Below, one piece after another: positions 53,286 to 64,000 of a stretch of 64,000 nt of DNA (position 1 is the stretch's first letter; the number at the start of each line of letters is the position of its first letter). The stretch comes from Camelus dromedarius. Taxonomy: Eukaryota. A program made the translations under genes and the position numbers. The stretch is taken from NCBI RefSeq assembly GCF_036321535.1, contig NC_087436.1:82214001-82278000 (forward strand), in the 5' to 3' direction. The notes under the pieces were generated by a model, which had not been told where the DNA came from, made no database searches, and saw only the letters and a program-made list of their open reading frames with translations.

Positions 53286-53797
53286 GAAGTGGAAGGATAG
53301 CCCATGTTCTTGGATAGGAAGAATTAATGTTGTTAAAATGGCCACATTACCCAAAGCAGTCTACCATACAACCTTTTTTCCCCCCCTCAATTTTTCTTTC
53401 TTTTAACATACTTGAAAATGTTTATGTGGGCTTGTTCCCTGTTGGATATAGCTATATTTAACCTAAGAAGCAATGCCTCCTCCTTCTTTTAAATTATTAT
53501 ATAGAGTGAATGACAGTGTAATATAAATACCTATCTAGGTATAATAAAATTTATTTATTTTTATTTTATTTAAATTTTGTGGAGGGGGAGGTAATTAGGT
53601 TTATCTATTTTATCTTTTAATGAAGGTACTGGGGATTGAACCCAGGACCTTGTGAATGCTAAGCATGGGCTCGACCACTGAGCCCCATCCTCCCCCTAAA
53701 ATTTAAGTATTATGTTGCTATTGTAAGGAAGCATATAGAAATAATAAAGCTATATGACATGAAATAAATACATAAATAAAAATTAAAAAAAATGAAG
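53286..53797 (+). mobile_element. TSD-flanked retro-insertion: 79-nt L1 ORF2 fragment + non-L1 sequence + poly(A) signal/A tail
   Basis: tacacaaactt repeated at 53275-53285 and 53798-53808; 53287-53364 translates [26 protein letters not shown]. Confidence 0.7.
53555..53696 (-). mobile_element. vic-1-like SINE nested in the preceding insertion
   Basis: ggtaattaggttt...ggtactggggattgaacccaggaccttgtgaatgctaagcatg...; TSD taaaattta on both sides. Confidence 0.88.
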
Positions 53798-56175
53798 TAC
53801 ACAAACTTTTGCCAATTTGAGAAGTTAGGAGAAATAAAGGGACATAATGGCCAAAGTTATTAAAATGCTCAATGAAAATTAATCACATATTTTTGTACTT
53901 CTCCTGTGCAGTGTTTGGGTTGATCCAGCACTGGGAAGTTGGGGTGGGGCATGAGGAAAGGCTGAGGAAGAAATGAAAGTCCAAACCTTGATTCTGTCCA
54001 ACACTTAACACTCTTAAAATTCATCCTAAAATTGATTTTTAATCAATCCCTCATGTAAAACTTTCCCCCATCCCAACAACCAAGTAATATCTGACCTTAA
54101 AGGAATTCTGTCTATTTTACATCTTCAGAGCAGGTACACAGAAGGGATCGCCCCTACCCTTTCCCTTTGTCTGGGCACGCCAACTCAGTGTGGCCCTGCA
54201 ACTGGGCCGTACGCCTTCCTTTTAGACGTTTTTAGTACCACGCTGGAAGAAAATGTGTTTTACTTCTGTAGCCAGGATATTCCTTCAGGGACTGCTAAGC
54301 ATATCTTACACTGCCCTGTTTTGGGGTGGGGGGAAGCGGATGTTACTTGTATCAGGAATGACCTTCCCTTTTGGTTCACGCATAAATACTCTTCTATAGA
54401 GCAAGTGTGTCAGTGATCACAGTACAGTCATAAATGTAGCCCTGGTGAGAGATCGCTATACCTTTCCTGAGAAAAGTTTGAAGGATTTGGCTCCTGAGGT
54501 GATTGACAAATGACATATCTCAATCCTTTGTCCCAATCAGTTAACCACTAGTATTACCACACCCTCAAGTCTCTGTAGGAAATAATGTCTGACAGGTAGA
54601 TATTGTGTGGTAATCTTCTCTCTGCCGTAAACAATTGTCCTGTCTTGTTAGAATATTGGATACAGTTTCAGATTACCTGTGAAAAAACGCCTGGGACTTT
54701 GTTAGAGTAATTTGCTTCTTTCTTCTTTCCCTACTCTGAAATTCAAATGAGAGCATGCTTATAGAGTTGATATAAGTAAAGAGAGCTATAAAGAATGTAT
54801 GTTGTCTTGAGCAGGAAGAAAAAAAAAAAAATTCCGCAGCCCCTCTTTCTGGCCAAAGTGTGGTCCTTCCTAGTTCCTCTTAGTTCTATTTTGTTGTAAT
54901 CACACTAAACTCAAACTAGCTACCTGATCATTTTATTACCTAACCTTTTCTGGCCCCCAAGGCCTTTACTCTGTATCTACATATCTTAAACATATTAAGT
55001 TTGCATGTTTTTAGAGTTTAATTGGGATATTCGACTTGGGAAAATTGTTAACAATCTTCTCCATAAAATACCATCCACTTACCAGAGCGAGCTCCATATC
55101 CATGATCTAATCAGTTAAGCCCCATGTGGAATATCTTTCAGTTTACTTCTTGTACATTATGGAAATGATTTAGTCATTTATAAAAGCCACCTGTCAAATG
55201 GATCTTAAGAAAAACATGTAGCATGTCAGTGGTATACTGCCCTTTAAAAAAAAAAAGTATAACCATTGCTTACTCTATTAGACACTAATATTTTTCAAAC
55301 AGCATAACGTTTATAGGAATAGTAATATACCTCTAGGAATGGCCAAATAAATACCTCATGTATACCACTGTATGCAATAAGAGTGGAATTTGGAGATAAA
55401 GGTGTCCTTGTCATTCTTTTAATAAGATCTGAATAACCCAGTTGGAGAGAGAACAATGTGATGCATCAAGAGTCAGTTAGCAACAAAGATTTCCACAGCA
55501 GTTAACAGGAGAAGTTAGGAACTTTGTTTACTTGCCAAGTGAGTGCACAGATAATCAGTATAATCTCATTGCTTTTGTGTGCTCTGGAGCCTCTGTGTTT
55601 CTTAGGAAAGTAGGTGCTATTTCAGACCAGATTGCCTGTAACAAGAGACTTCATGTTTGATTTTTAAAGAATTCAAGTGGGATTAATGGTTTGCTAATGT
55701 GACCTCACTTGGCTTTTTATCACCCAGGTATAAAATTTGAAAATCAGTATACAGTATGTCTGTGAAAACACTGAAAACTGTGTTATGTATTAATGTTTGT
55801 AAATAAGAGAAATGAAATCAAGTCTTGAAGAAAGCCATTTTCAGTTGAAAAGTATGTCAAAAAGAGCATAAAAACATGAAACTCATCCATAATCACTGAC
55901 TTCATTTATTCATTGAACTTCTGAAAATCCTTGATAAGAGGATTCTTTCCATTCTTCTTTTCCCTATTATTTTCTGATAAGATTGTTTACAAGCCAAAAT
56001 GTGTCAGTTCTGTTTAAGTTACAGTGTAATTACCAGGGGAACAGAGTATTTGTTAACACAGACTTATCGGCAGTTGCCAACGGTCTTCATTGGTCAGTAT
56101 CTAATGGTATATTGTTAGACTGTGTCTGCTACAGTAAAACTCCAGTGGCACCAAAAAATTGGAAGATTGTTTTTT

Positions 56176-56275
56176 AAGAGTTGTTTTAAAATTAATGAAG
56201 CTTTAGCTAGTCTAATCAAGAAACAGAGAGAAGGCCCAAATAAATAAAATCAGAAATGGAAAAGAAGAGGAGTTA
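56176..56275 (+). mobile_element. Isolated internal L1 ORF2 fragment
   Basis: Translates KINEALASLIKKQRE / QINKIRNGKEE, resembling ORF2 KIDKPLARLIKKKRE..QINKIRNEKG. Confidence 0.7.
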
Positions 56276-56439
56276 AATAGAATTTGACCTGTAGTTAGGG
56301 GAGGATCAAAAGGACCTGAATCCTTAGGTTGGGGGTGATGATTGCATCTTCACGGCAGTCCTAGAGGATCAGGTGACTAAACCAGATGGAGAGTGTCGTC
56401 ATTGGTCAGTTAACCCTTTCTCCTTTTTCTTGTTTGTAG

Positions 56440-57354
56440 CCTGAGCCTCCAACAGTAAACAAATGGCAGCTAGACAACTGGCTGACCAAAGTCAGCCAGC
56501 CTGCGGTGCCCCCCGAGGTTCCGGGCAGCGCCGAGCCCCCGGCCCGGCACCCGGATGGTAAGGCCAAGGGCGGCGACGGTGCCACCGCGGGCCACGAGCG
56601 CTCGGAATCCAAAGAGCCTCCCCCCAGAAGCTCCAGCAAAGCCCCCCGGCCCCCGTCGTCGGAAGGCCCCCACGCAGGCAAGAGGAGCTGTCAGAAGTCC
56701 CCCGCCCAACAGGAGCCCCCGCAGAGGCAGACCGTGGGAACCAAAAAAGCGGTCAAGGCCTCCGCTCCGGCGGGCACGCGTGCCTGCCTGCAGGTGGAGG
56801 GCGAGCCCGGACTTCCTCCCCACGGCGCCAAAGACCAGCCTTCCAAAGACAAGCCCAAGGTGAAGACGAAAGGGCGGCCCCGCGCCGGAGAGAGCCGCGA
56901 GCCCAAGCCGGCGGTGCCCGCCCCGAGCGAGCGGAAGAAGCACCGGAGCGGCCTCCCGGGCCCCCCGAAGGCGCCCGCGAAGGACGGTGCGGAGGACAGG
57001 AGCCCCGAGCACTTTGCCCTCGTCCCCGTGACGCAGAGCCAGGGCCCCGCCCGCGGCGCCGGCGCCAGGACTAGTGGCTGCCGCCTGGCCGTGGTCGTGC
57101 AGGAGGACCGCCGCAAGGACAAACCCCTGGTGCCTTTGAGAGACCCCAAGCAGCTCTCCCCGCTCAGGGACCCTCCGCCCCCGCAAAGCTTGATGGTGAA
57201 GATCACCCTCGACCTCCTCTCTCGGATACCCCAGCCCCCTGGGAAGGTCGGCCGCCAGAAGAAACCGGAGTACAAACCGCCGTCTGCAGGGAAGAAACTG
57301 GATTCTGAGAAGAAAGGCTCAGACAATCCGAGCAAATTGGCCAAGAAGAGAAAG
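56440..57354 (+). CDS. AFF1: AFF1 coding exon 11 (305 codons): NKW motif (NKWQLDNWL, 56458-56484), AF9/ENL-binding motif LMVKITLDLLSRIP (57190-57231), basic NLS-like end KKRK
   Basis: tttttcttgtttgtAG acceptor, AAG|GTGAGT donor, 915 nt, open and in frame with ORF 56506..57429. Confidence 0.97.
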
Positions 57355-59122
57355 GTGAGTGTGGGGGCCGACCTCCCTCCACGGTGTGGAACGTACTTGC
57401 GGTGGGCTTGGGGCTGTCTTGGGCCTTGATTATAACCCAGAGTTGTCTTCGAAGAGGCTGGAAATCTTTGGATTCCATGTAGCCTTCTCTCCTACACCGG
57501 AGCCCCTCCGCTCCCACTGTGCAGATGCGTGTTAATAAATGACAGATTCCTTCAGCGGTCTTGCTAGTTTGAAGAAAAAGATGACGCAGTCATTGAAAAG
57601 GATATCTTGCTTTAGAATGATGCGGCATTTAACGGTACATTTTAATCTATTCTGATAATTTGGTATTTACCACTTGGCCTGTTAGGTTTTGCCTTAGAAA
57701 TTAAAACCTTACATGAACTGAAATGTTAATTAGTATTCTGGATTACTGACACGAGTGCTGCACGCCAGATTTTACACCTGTAGTTTGATCTTGTTAATAC
57801 TGTTACTACATCTGTGTTTTAACTCATGCCACCTAACACTTCATTAGTTTTGAACCACCAGATTTAAGAGTTTGTGACCTCCATTAATGACTTTTTGTTA
57901 ATAAGCAGAATATTATGAAAAAGTTTTAGAGCCATTATAGAGTATTTATCACAATTTTTGGAAGCCTCACTTAAGGAATGAACATAGTAAAAAAAAAAAA
58001 AGAAGAAAAGATCCCTGTATTATTTAACGCCCTCACAATTTTGGACAATCTCCTTTATTGTGAATCATTGCCCTCTTGCTGTGTGTTTTGCTGCTTCTTG
58101 GTGATGAAAGATAAGTCAGTGTTTTCCCCCAGCGGCGTTCCCAAGCCAACCTACCCAAGATTCTGTGTGGAAAGCATGAGAAGGGCCAACTCTTTCCTGC
58201 TGAGAAGGAATAAAAACTTTAACCCTCTTGTAAATACATAAAACACTTCTTACTCAGTTGTGGAAGTTGAGCTAAGAATAACAAGGACAAAAAGATCATG
58301 AAGGCTGCTGTCATGTCTCATTCAACTGATTACTCCACTGGGTTAAAAATATAACATGACTTTATCAAATAGCGAAGGGCGGCGGTTTTTCCAGAATCTT
58401 GTTGAATGAGACATGAGGGTGTGTGTTGCCACCGTAGCTGCAGTGGGCAAGTCCAGTGGGGATGGGATAAGTGCTCATTGGCGGCGTTGTTTCAACTAGA
58501 AGTGAGCAGATTCTCGTACACAATAACTTTTAAAACAATGTGTGCATGTTAGAGGTGTAAAACTTTATGGAGAAAATCGTGATGGACCAGGCTAGGAAAA
58601 AAGTGTTTGCACCTAATACACCTGTGAAAACTTCAGAAATACACTCTTTTACCTCTTCCTGGAAGATCTTTTATCATCTCTCCCCCAGCTGCCATAATAT
58701 CACCTAGTCTCCACTGCCCCAGCTGGAGTGGGGAGAAGTATTAACTTGTAAAGTGCTTCCTAACCTGGTGGAAATGTTGGAAATTGGAGACTGCCTGAGG
58801 CTGTTCTCAGCACAGTCCGTGTTCCAGTACAAATCTAGAAGCTCTGCTTGCAGCTCCAGAAAGGGAAACTCAGCTGTCCCTGTTGAGTGTATGAACTGTG
58901 CCCTCTGAGAGCCGTTCCCAGCCCTTGGCTGAGCTCCACTAGGGCAGCTCATTTATCTTTCTGGTGAGAGTATGGAGAAATAATGACCCCCTCGTCTTAG
59001 GCAAGTGCATGCTTGCTTTAGAGCTCTGGCAGGCAGCTGAGAAATCTGGCCCTGGGAAAGAGAGGGCCACAGAGAAAGAGGCCCTGCCTCTCTGCTGTGG
59101 GACTGACGGCATCAGGGTCTGA

Positions 59123-59290
59123 ACCAGTGGCTCCAAACCCTGGCTGCACATTCCAGTCTCCAGGGGAGCCCTTAGAACTGGTGGCAGGACATGTGTCACT
59201 CCCCATCCCCCCGCACTCCACACTCCCGTCAGTGTTTTCTAAATCCTCAGGTAATCCTGTTGCCTGAGGCTCTGGAACAGAACCTCATTA
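59123..59290. mobile_element. MER5-like hAT relic
   Basis: ccagtggctccaaaccctggctgcacatt...ccaggggagc...ctcaggtaatcctg. Confidence 0.55.
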
Positions 59291-62200
59291 GCAAGCCAAA
59301 ATTGTACAAAGCGAGTTCTTTGGACCAAGAAATCTCTCCATTTAGATATCATGGATCTAGACAACCTGGCCTGCTGTATGTCACTAGTTAGAAACATTAC
59401 TTAGAAACTTTTGGATAAATATAAACGTCAGCCAACTGTATACTAATTTTATGATCAGAGGATCATGTATCATTGGTTTTACTTCCTGCTGGATTCCAAG
59501 TGATATTAATGTTGAACATCATAACCTCAGGTCCTCTCTGCCTGCGAGGGGCGGCCCCCGCCTTTCCTGTCAGGACCCTGACTCCGCTTGCTTAGGGCAC
59601 CTTGATGAGCGTGGCTGCTTCATGGCCAGCCCAGGTCTCTTTTGAAGTTTGGGTAGAAATGCCCCAAATTGGGATAGTGAAGACGTGTCCATTTCCTTCA
59701 TATTAAGTATGAACACTAGGAGAAGCTCCATGAGGATGTGGTGAGAGCAGTTGAATAATGTACCTGCTCCTTCACATTAGTGGGCTTTAGTGTTTTTGTT
59801 TAAAGACCCATCCTCCTCCTGGGACAAAATCCTACAAATATTTTCAGAGGGTTAATAGATACTTGAAGCCATTTTAGACTCAAAAGTGTGAGAAGATGAT
59901 CACAAAGAGTTAATGGTGATTAACAGCTGTGATAAAGCCATCAAATGTGGCGCCTGTTGTATGTGTGTATTTTACTACTTTAAAGGAGTGAGAGGGGACA
60001 ATTCATGAGGAAAAGTAGAGAAAATTATAAGGGTAAATAGTCATGAACTCACATGATCCTTATGTAAACTACAGAATTTCTTCAACCTGATTACAGTTTA
60101 GAATTTAAAATAGAACCTGTATTTTCTTTTATATAATTTTAAACTTTATGTTTTCCAGATTTGAAAGAAAAGTTGACATTGGGATGCACAACATAATATA
60201 CAGTCAGGGGGGTGCATTTGGGAGGTTACTAACATAGCAAACAAACGACAAGCTCCCCTTGTGAGCTCAGTGTTGCCCGGGGCACTTTCGTAGATAATCT
60301 CATTTAATCCAGTCATTTTATAGGTTGTCTTTCAAATAAAATGCTAGACAGTCTTTAACAGAAAAATAACGGACTGGGAGGTTACATTCATTCAGGTCTT
60401 TTCCTTTTTCTAAATAATTGCTTTACTGACCAAGAAGCTTGGACCCTTTTGGAAACATATTTCATTGCCATCATTTATGTGTGTTTTGAGGAATGGGGAG
60501 GGAAGTTATGAGATATGGTGGGAAAATGTGCATTTTTATTGCTTGATGGTTGGTTTAGACCTTCCCTTCTATCCAAGATCTGACTGTTTTTCCTTGAGTT
60601 GATTCTCCACATCAACATGCCCAGTTATTATCCTTCAAAATCAAGGGTTTGAAAAGTCATCCCTATAATTTCTTAAAAAGCCACTTACATCTAATTTCTT
60701 CATGCCTGTTAGTTACCCTAAGAGCATCATATGAAGAGCTGGTTTAGGACCAGTCTAATGCCCGTGTATTCCCTCTCCAAAAAGAAGGGGGAAAGTGGAT
60801 TCATTTTCCTTGTCTGTGGCACTTACCCCAGTGACTGTAACCTCTCTCAGTAAGTCCTACCCCCGTTTGGTGCCAGCTTGGACTTGGTGCCCTCTGTGTC
60901 GTCTTACTGAACCTGCAGAGGCAAATCCTGGAAAAGTACCTGAAGTTCCCAGAAGGCTGCTTCTCCACATTTGCTGTGCTCCCCATGCTGTCAAGCTAGT
61001 CTGCTTCCCTGTGGGGGTGGACAGTGGAGTTTAGAATTGCAGTACTGAAACCTCACGCATTTCTTGTTCAGCTGTTGCCTTCCATACCTGAGATCCAGAA
61101 AGACTCCCACATCACTTGGCGAAAGAGGGTCTGGAGCTCAGTATGCTGACTCCTCTCTGTCTGGTGATCTTCCCTCTTTCACACCTTTTGTTGGGGGGTG
61201 GGGGGATGCACAAGTGTCTGTTGGCAGGAGTGGAGGTGGGGGGAATTCTTGGAGCAAGGCCCAAGGTCATAGTTCAAGATCACTGTACATCTCTGGCTCA
61301 ATCACTCCACTGTCCCCCCTCCTGAGATCCTGATGCGCCCCCGCCCCCCGCCTTCAGTTTCCCTGCCAGATGCCCCTCATCTCTCCTTGTCATGGCAGGC
61401 TCTGAGTAGACTGTCTTTCCACCTATTAAGAACTGTGTCCTCAGATGAGTGTCAGTTCTCAAAAGCTGCTTTCATTCCCTGTGTTACCTACAGGACCTTG
61501 TTGGTGAGCCAGAGGCTGGGCAGGCAGCAGGCTGCCGTGGAGGCTTTCCCTGCAGAAACCTGCTTGGCCTGGACTGTCCCAGCTCTTCCTTTTATGGTCT
61601 TCATTCTTGCCCTTTTGCTCCACTCGTAGGTGGAGCGGCATTTGGCAGATAACCCATGGCTGCCTGACCCAACAGGTTAAGAAAAGCAAACAAGTCAGTC
61701 AGGAGCAGGTGGTCAGCAGCCGCCTCCTGTTGGAGATGGAGACACCTTTGAGACATTGTCCCGGAAAAGGGAATTTCTGAGACCCAGACCTTAGATGGGG
61801 TTCCCTGAAATGGGAGTTGATCTGTGCATAAGCCACTGGGCAACGGAGACTCCTTTCTCCTCTTGAAGAGAGCACATCACTCTCGTCTCACTTTCAAATG
61901 GCTTCTGACCCAGAAAAATGTTAAGAACTCCTTGCCTCATGTTTTCCAGTCTTGGAATTCACGTCTGCGTTTTCCTGCACCCAGAATCGGGTGACTCCCT
62001 CTAACGGCCCTTTCCGAAATCCATCCTCTCAGGGTTGTAGTGCAGGCCTGCTTCCATGCCAGCTGGCAGACGCCCCCGGAGTGCTGCTCTGGGGGTTCCT
62101 CGGGGACTGTTCCCACAGGAGTCCAGAGGGTTCCAAGGGCAGAGTGTGCTGGAATACTAACCTTGGCCCATGGGCTTGAACTCTGGCAGGCGGGCCCAGG

Positions 62201-63273
62201 CCACAAAAGGGGATTTTTGCCTAATTGATTCAATGGCTTACTTTCTGCCAGCTTACAGACTATTATCAGCATGTCAATAGAAAGCATGTTTTTCCAGTAA
62301 CAGAGTGGTTAAAGCTAGCATGGAAGCTCATGTGTGGGGATTCTTGGTTTTGGGCTGTTCTTTTGAGTCACCGAGCAGCACAAGCCGGAGGTAAAACCAG
62401 TCGGGGAGGTTTGACTCACTGGGAGCCTTACTTTCATGCGCGGTTAGTAAGGTCCGCCACTGTGGTTTCCAGTCATAACTAGCATGTCCGAAGCAGCATG
62501 AAGATACACAAACAAAAATTAACTCTCCTTCCACCTCTGGAGTTTGGTGTTGTGTTTAGGAAGTAACCTTCTGCATTGAACATAAATGCTTAGCTTTGTC
62601 TTGGGGACTTAGTCCTACAAGTCATTAACAGCTGGAAAATGCCCTCCTTTTAAGAAAGTTTATGTTGCAGTTTCATGTACAAGTTATACCTGTCTGGATA
62701 TTTTAGCAAATTCTGTGACTTTTCCCAGAGATAAATTGCCCATCCTCTTGCAGTGTTTGCTGGGCCAGCCGTGTGTCCTTTAATCTAAAGCTCCAGAGAA
62801 TTCCATGGTGGCAGAGCCTCTCGGGCACCCTGGCTGTAGTGACGAGGAGGGTATCCCTGGTAGTAGAGTTCTATTTGAACCCAGTCATTTCCAGTGTATT
62901 CTGTTTTCTCTGCCAACCTCTTGAGTGCCGGTCGAGCATTACTATTATGAATCGTTGAAAGTTACGCGCCGGGCAAAGCCCCAGCAGGCCCCTCCTGGCC
63001 TGCGCCCCGGGGCTCTGCTGCTGGGCCGCGCCCGCTGCCACTCGAGACTCGTCTCCGTGCGGCCTCCTGTCGTGCTCCCGCTGTGCCTGTGGGTGTGCTG
63101 TCACATTCCGCGCTATCTCCTCCGTAGGTCCCTCAAGGTCCTTTTACCTCAGTTCTCTGTAATGAATGGTTATATTTCTGAACAGCCTGTACATTTAAGA
63201 ATTGTTTCTTTGCATAGGCTCATTGGAAGTTCAAGGTCCATTTTGCAGATGACCTCTAGAAAAGGGTGTAAAA

Positions 63274-63509
63274 CTGCGCTGTCCAATAGAAATACAATGT
63301 GAGCCACATTTGTAATTCAAAATTTTCTAGTAGCCATATAAAAAATATTAAAAGGGGGAAAAAAACCCAAGAGAAATAATTTAGACAGTTTAATGATTAC
63401 ATTCTCCTTTTTTGCACAAAGTCTCTGATGTCACTTGTCCCTGGACTAGCCACGTTCAGGTGCTCCCCAGGTGCCCGGCTCTGGGATGGAGCATGCAGGG
63501 CAGTGCAGA
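63274..63509 (-). mobile_element. MER33-like hAT relic
   Basis: gcgctgtccaatagaaatacaatgtgagccacatttgtaattcaaaattttctagtagccat matches a MER33 end as recalled. Confidence 0.75.
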
Positions 63510-64000
63510 AATGGCCTCTAGTGGGTATAAGCCTTCCCTTGGATTGAATTTCTCTACCCATATTTTCCCTAAATGTTCTCACCTGTGTGCGCACTGAGAG
63601 AGTAAAAGCAGGTATCCTTATAAGTCAGTTTGACTGGTCCATTTTGAGACGAGAGAGAAATGGTTTCCACAGGAGGCTGGGTGGAGGCACACACCGGGCA
63701 CACTTGTTTGCAGGATGCTGGGGGGAAGGAAGGGCGTGTCTGTGCTGTTTCCCCTCCTATTGAGTGGGGCCAGGCTGCTTATTAGCGCCTGGGGAGAGCT
63801 TGAGCCTACTCGTCTTAATTTATTCATTTTTCTTGGAGAAATTTGGAGAAAGAAGGAGAGACTGGTGAAAATGGGGCCCCCCACAATCTCATCACTTGCA
63901 TGTTTTTCCCTTTAAGGCTCTAAGAGAGGGTTTCAGGTTTGGGGGGGATTGTCCTAGATTGGCTGGCGGTGTCCCAGATTTCTCTCTCTCTCTCCCTCCC

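Noticed and set aside
56470..57344. Long antisense and alternative-frame ORFs (238, 217 and 102 aa) over exon 11
   Set aside because: Expected from stop-codon depletion in a very GC-rich coding exon; no recognisable protein.
57355..64000. Next AFF1 exon (GEAERD...-like) not found
   Set aside because: Most simply lies beyond the window end; no evidence of gene truncation.
1..64000. CRISPR arrays, operons or other prokaryotic-type systems
   Set aside because: The sequence is clearly mammalian intron/exon DNA; no regularly spaced repeat-spacer structure was seen.

Overview
Mammalian genomic DNA, most likely a camelid (camel/alpaca/llama), inferred from three copies of a tRNA-Ala-derived SINE resembling vic-1. 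The whole window lies inside the AFF1 (AF4) gene on the + strand. It holds about 30 kb of the long intron preceding conventional exon 4, then eight coding exons (conventional exons 4-11). All eight have AG/GT boundaries and phases that splice into one open frame (QTYSSEV...LAKKRK), covering the ELL-binding segment, the pSER domain (DLXLS, SDE, NKW motifs) and the AF9/ENL-binding motif. The rest is intron with L1 fragments, SINEs, MIR/L2, MaLR and hAT relics. I see no evidence for a wholly new multi-gene system. The best leads are a candidate cryptic/alternative exon at about 16.1-16.2 kb that could splice in frame onto exon 4, an intragenic CpG island with a perfect NRF1 site, a complete ERV solo LTR with 4-bp TSD and an expanded (AATC)n, a TSD-flanked chimeric L1-ORF2/non-L1 retro-insertion, and a strongly GC-shifted exon 11. 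Repeat family names and human comparisons are from memory and need RepeatMasker/alignment confirmation.
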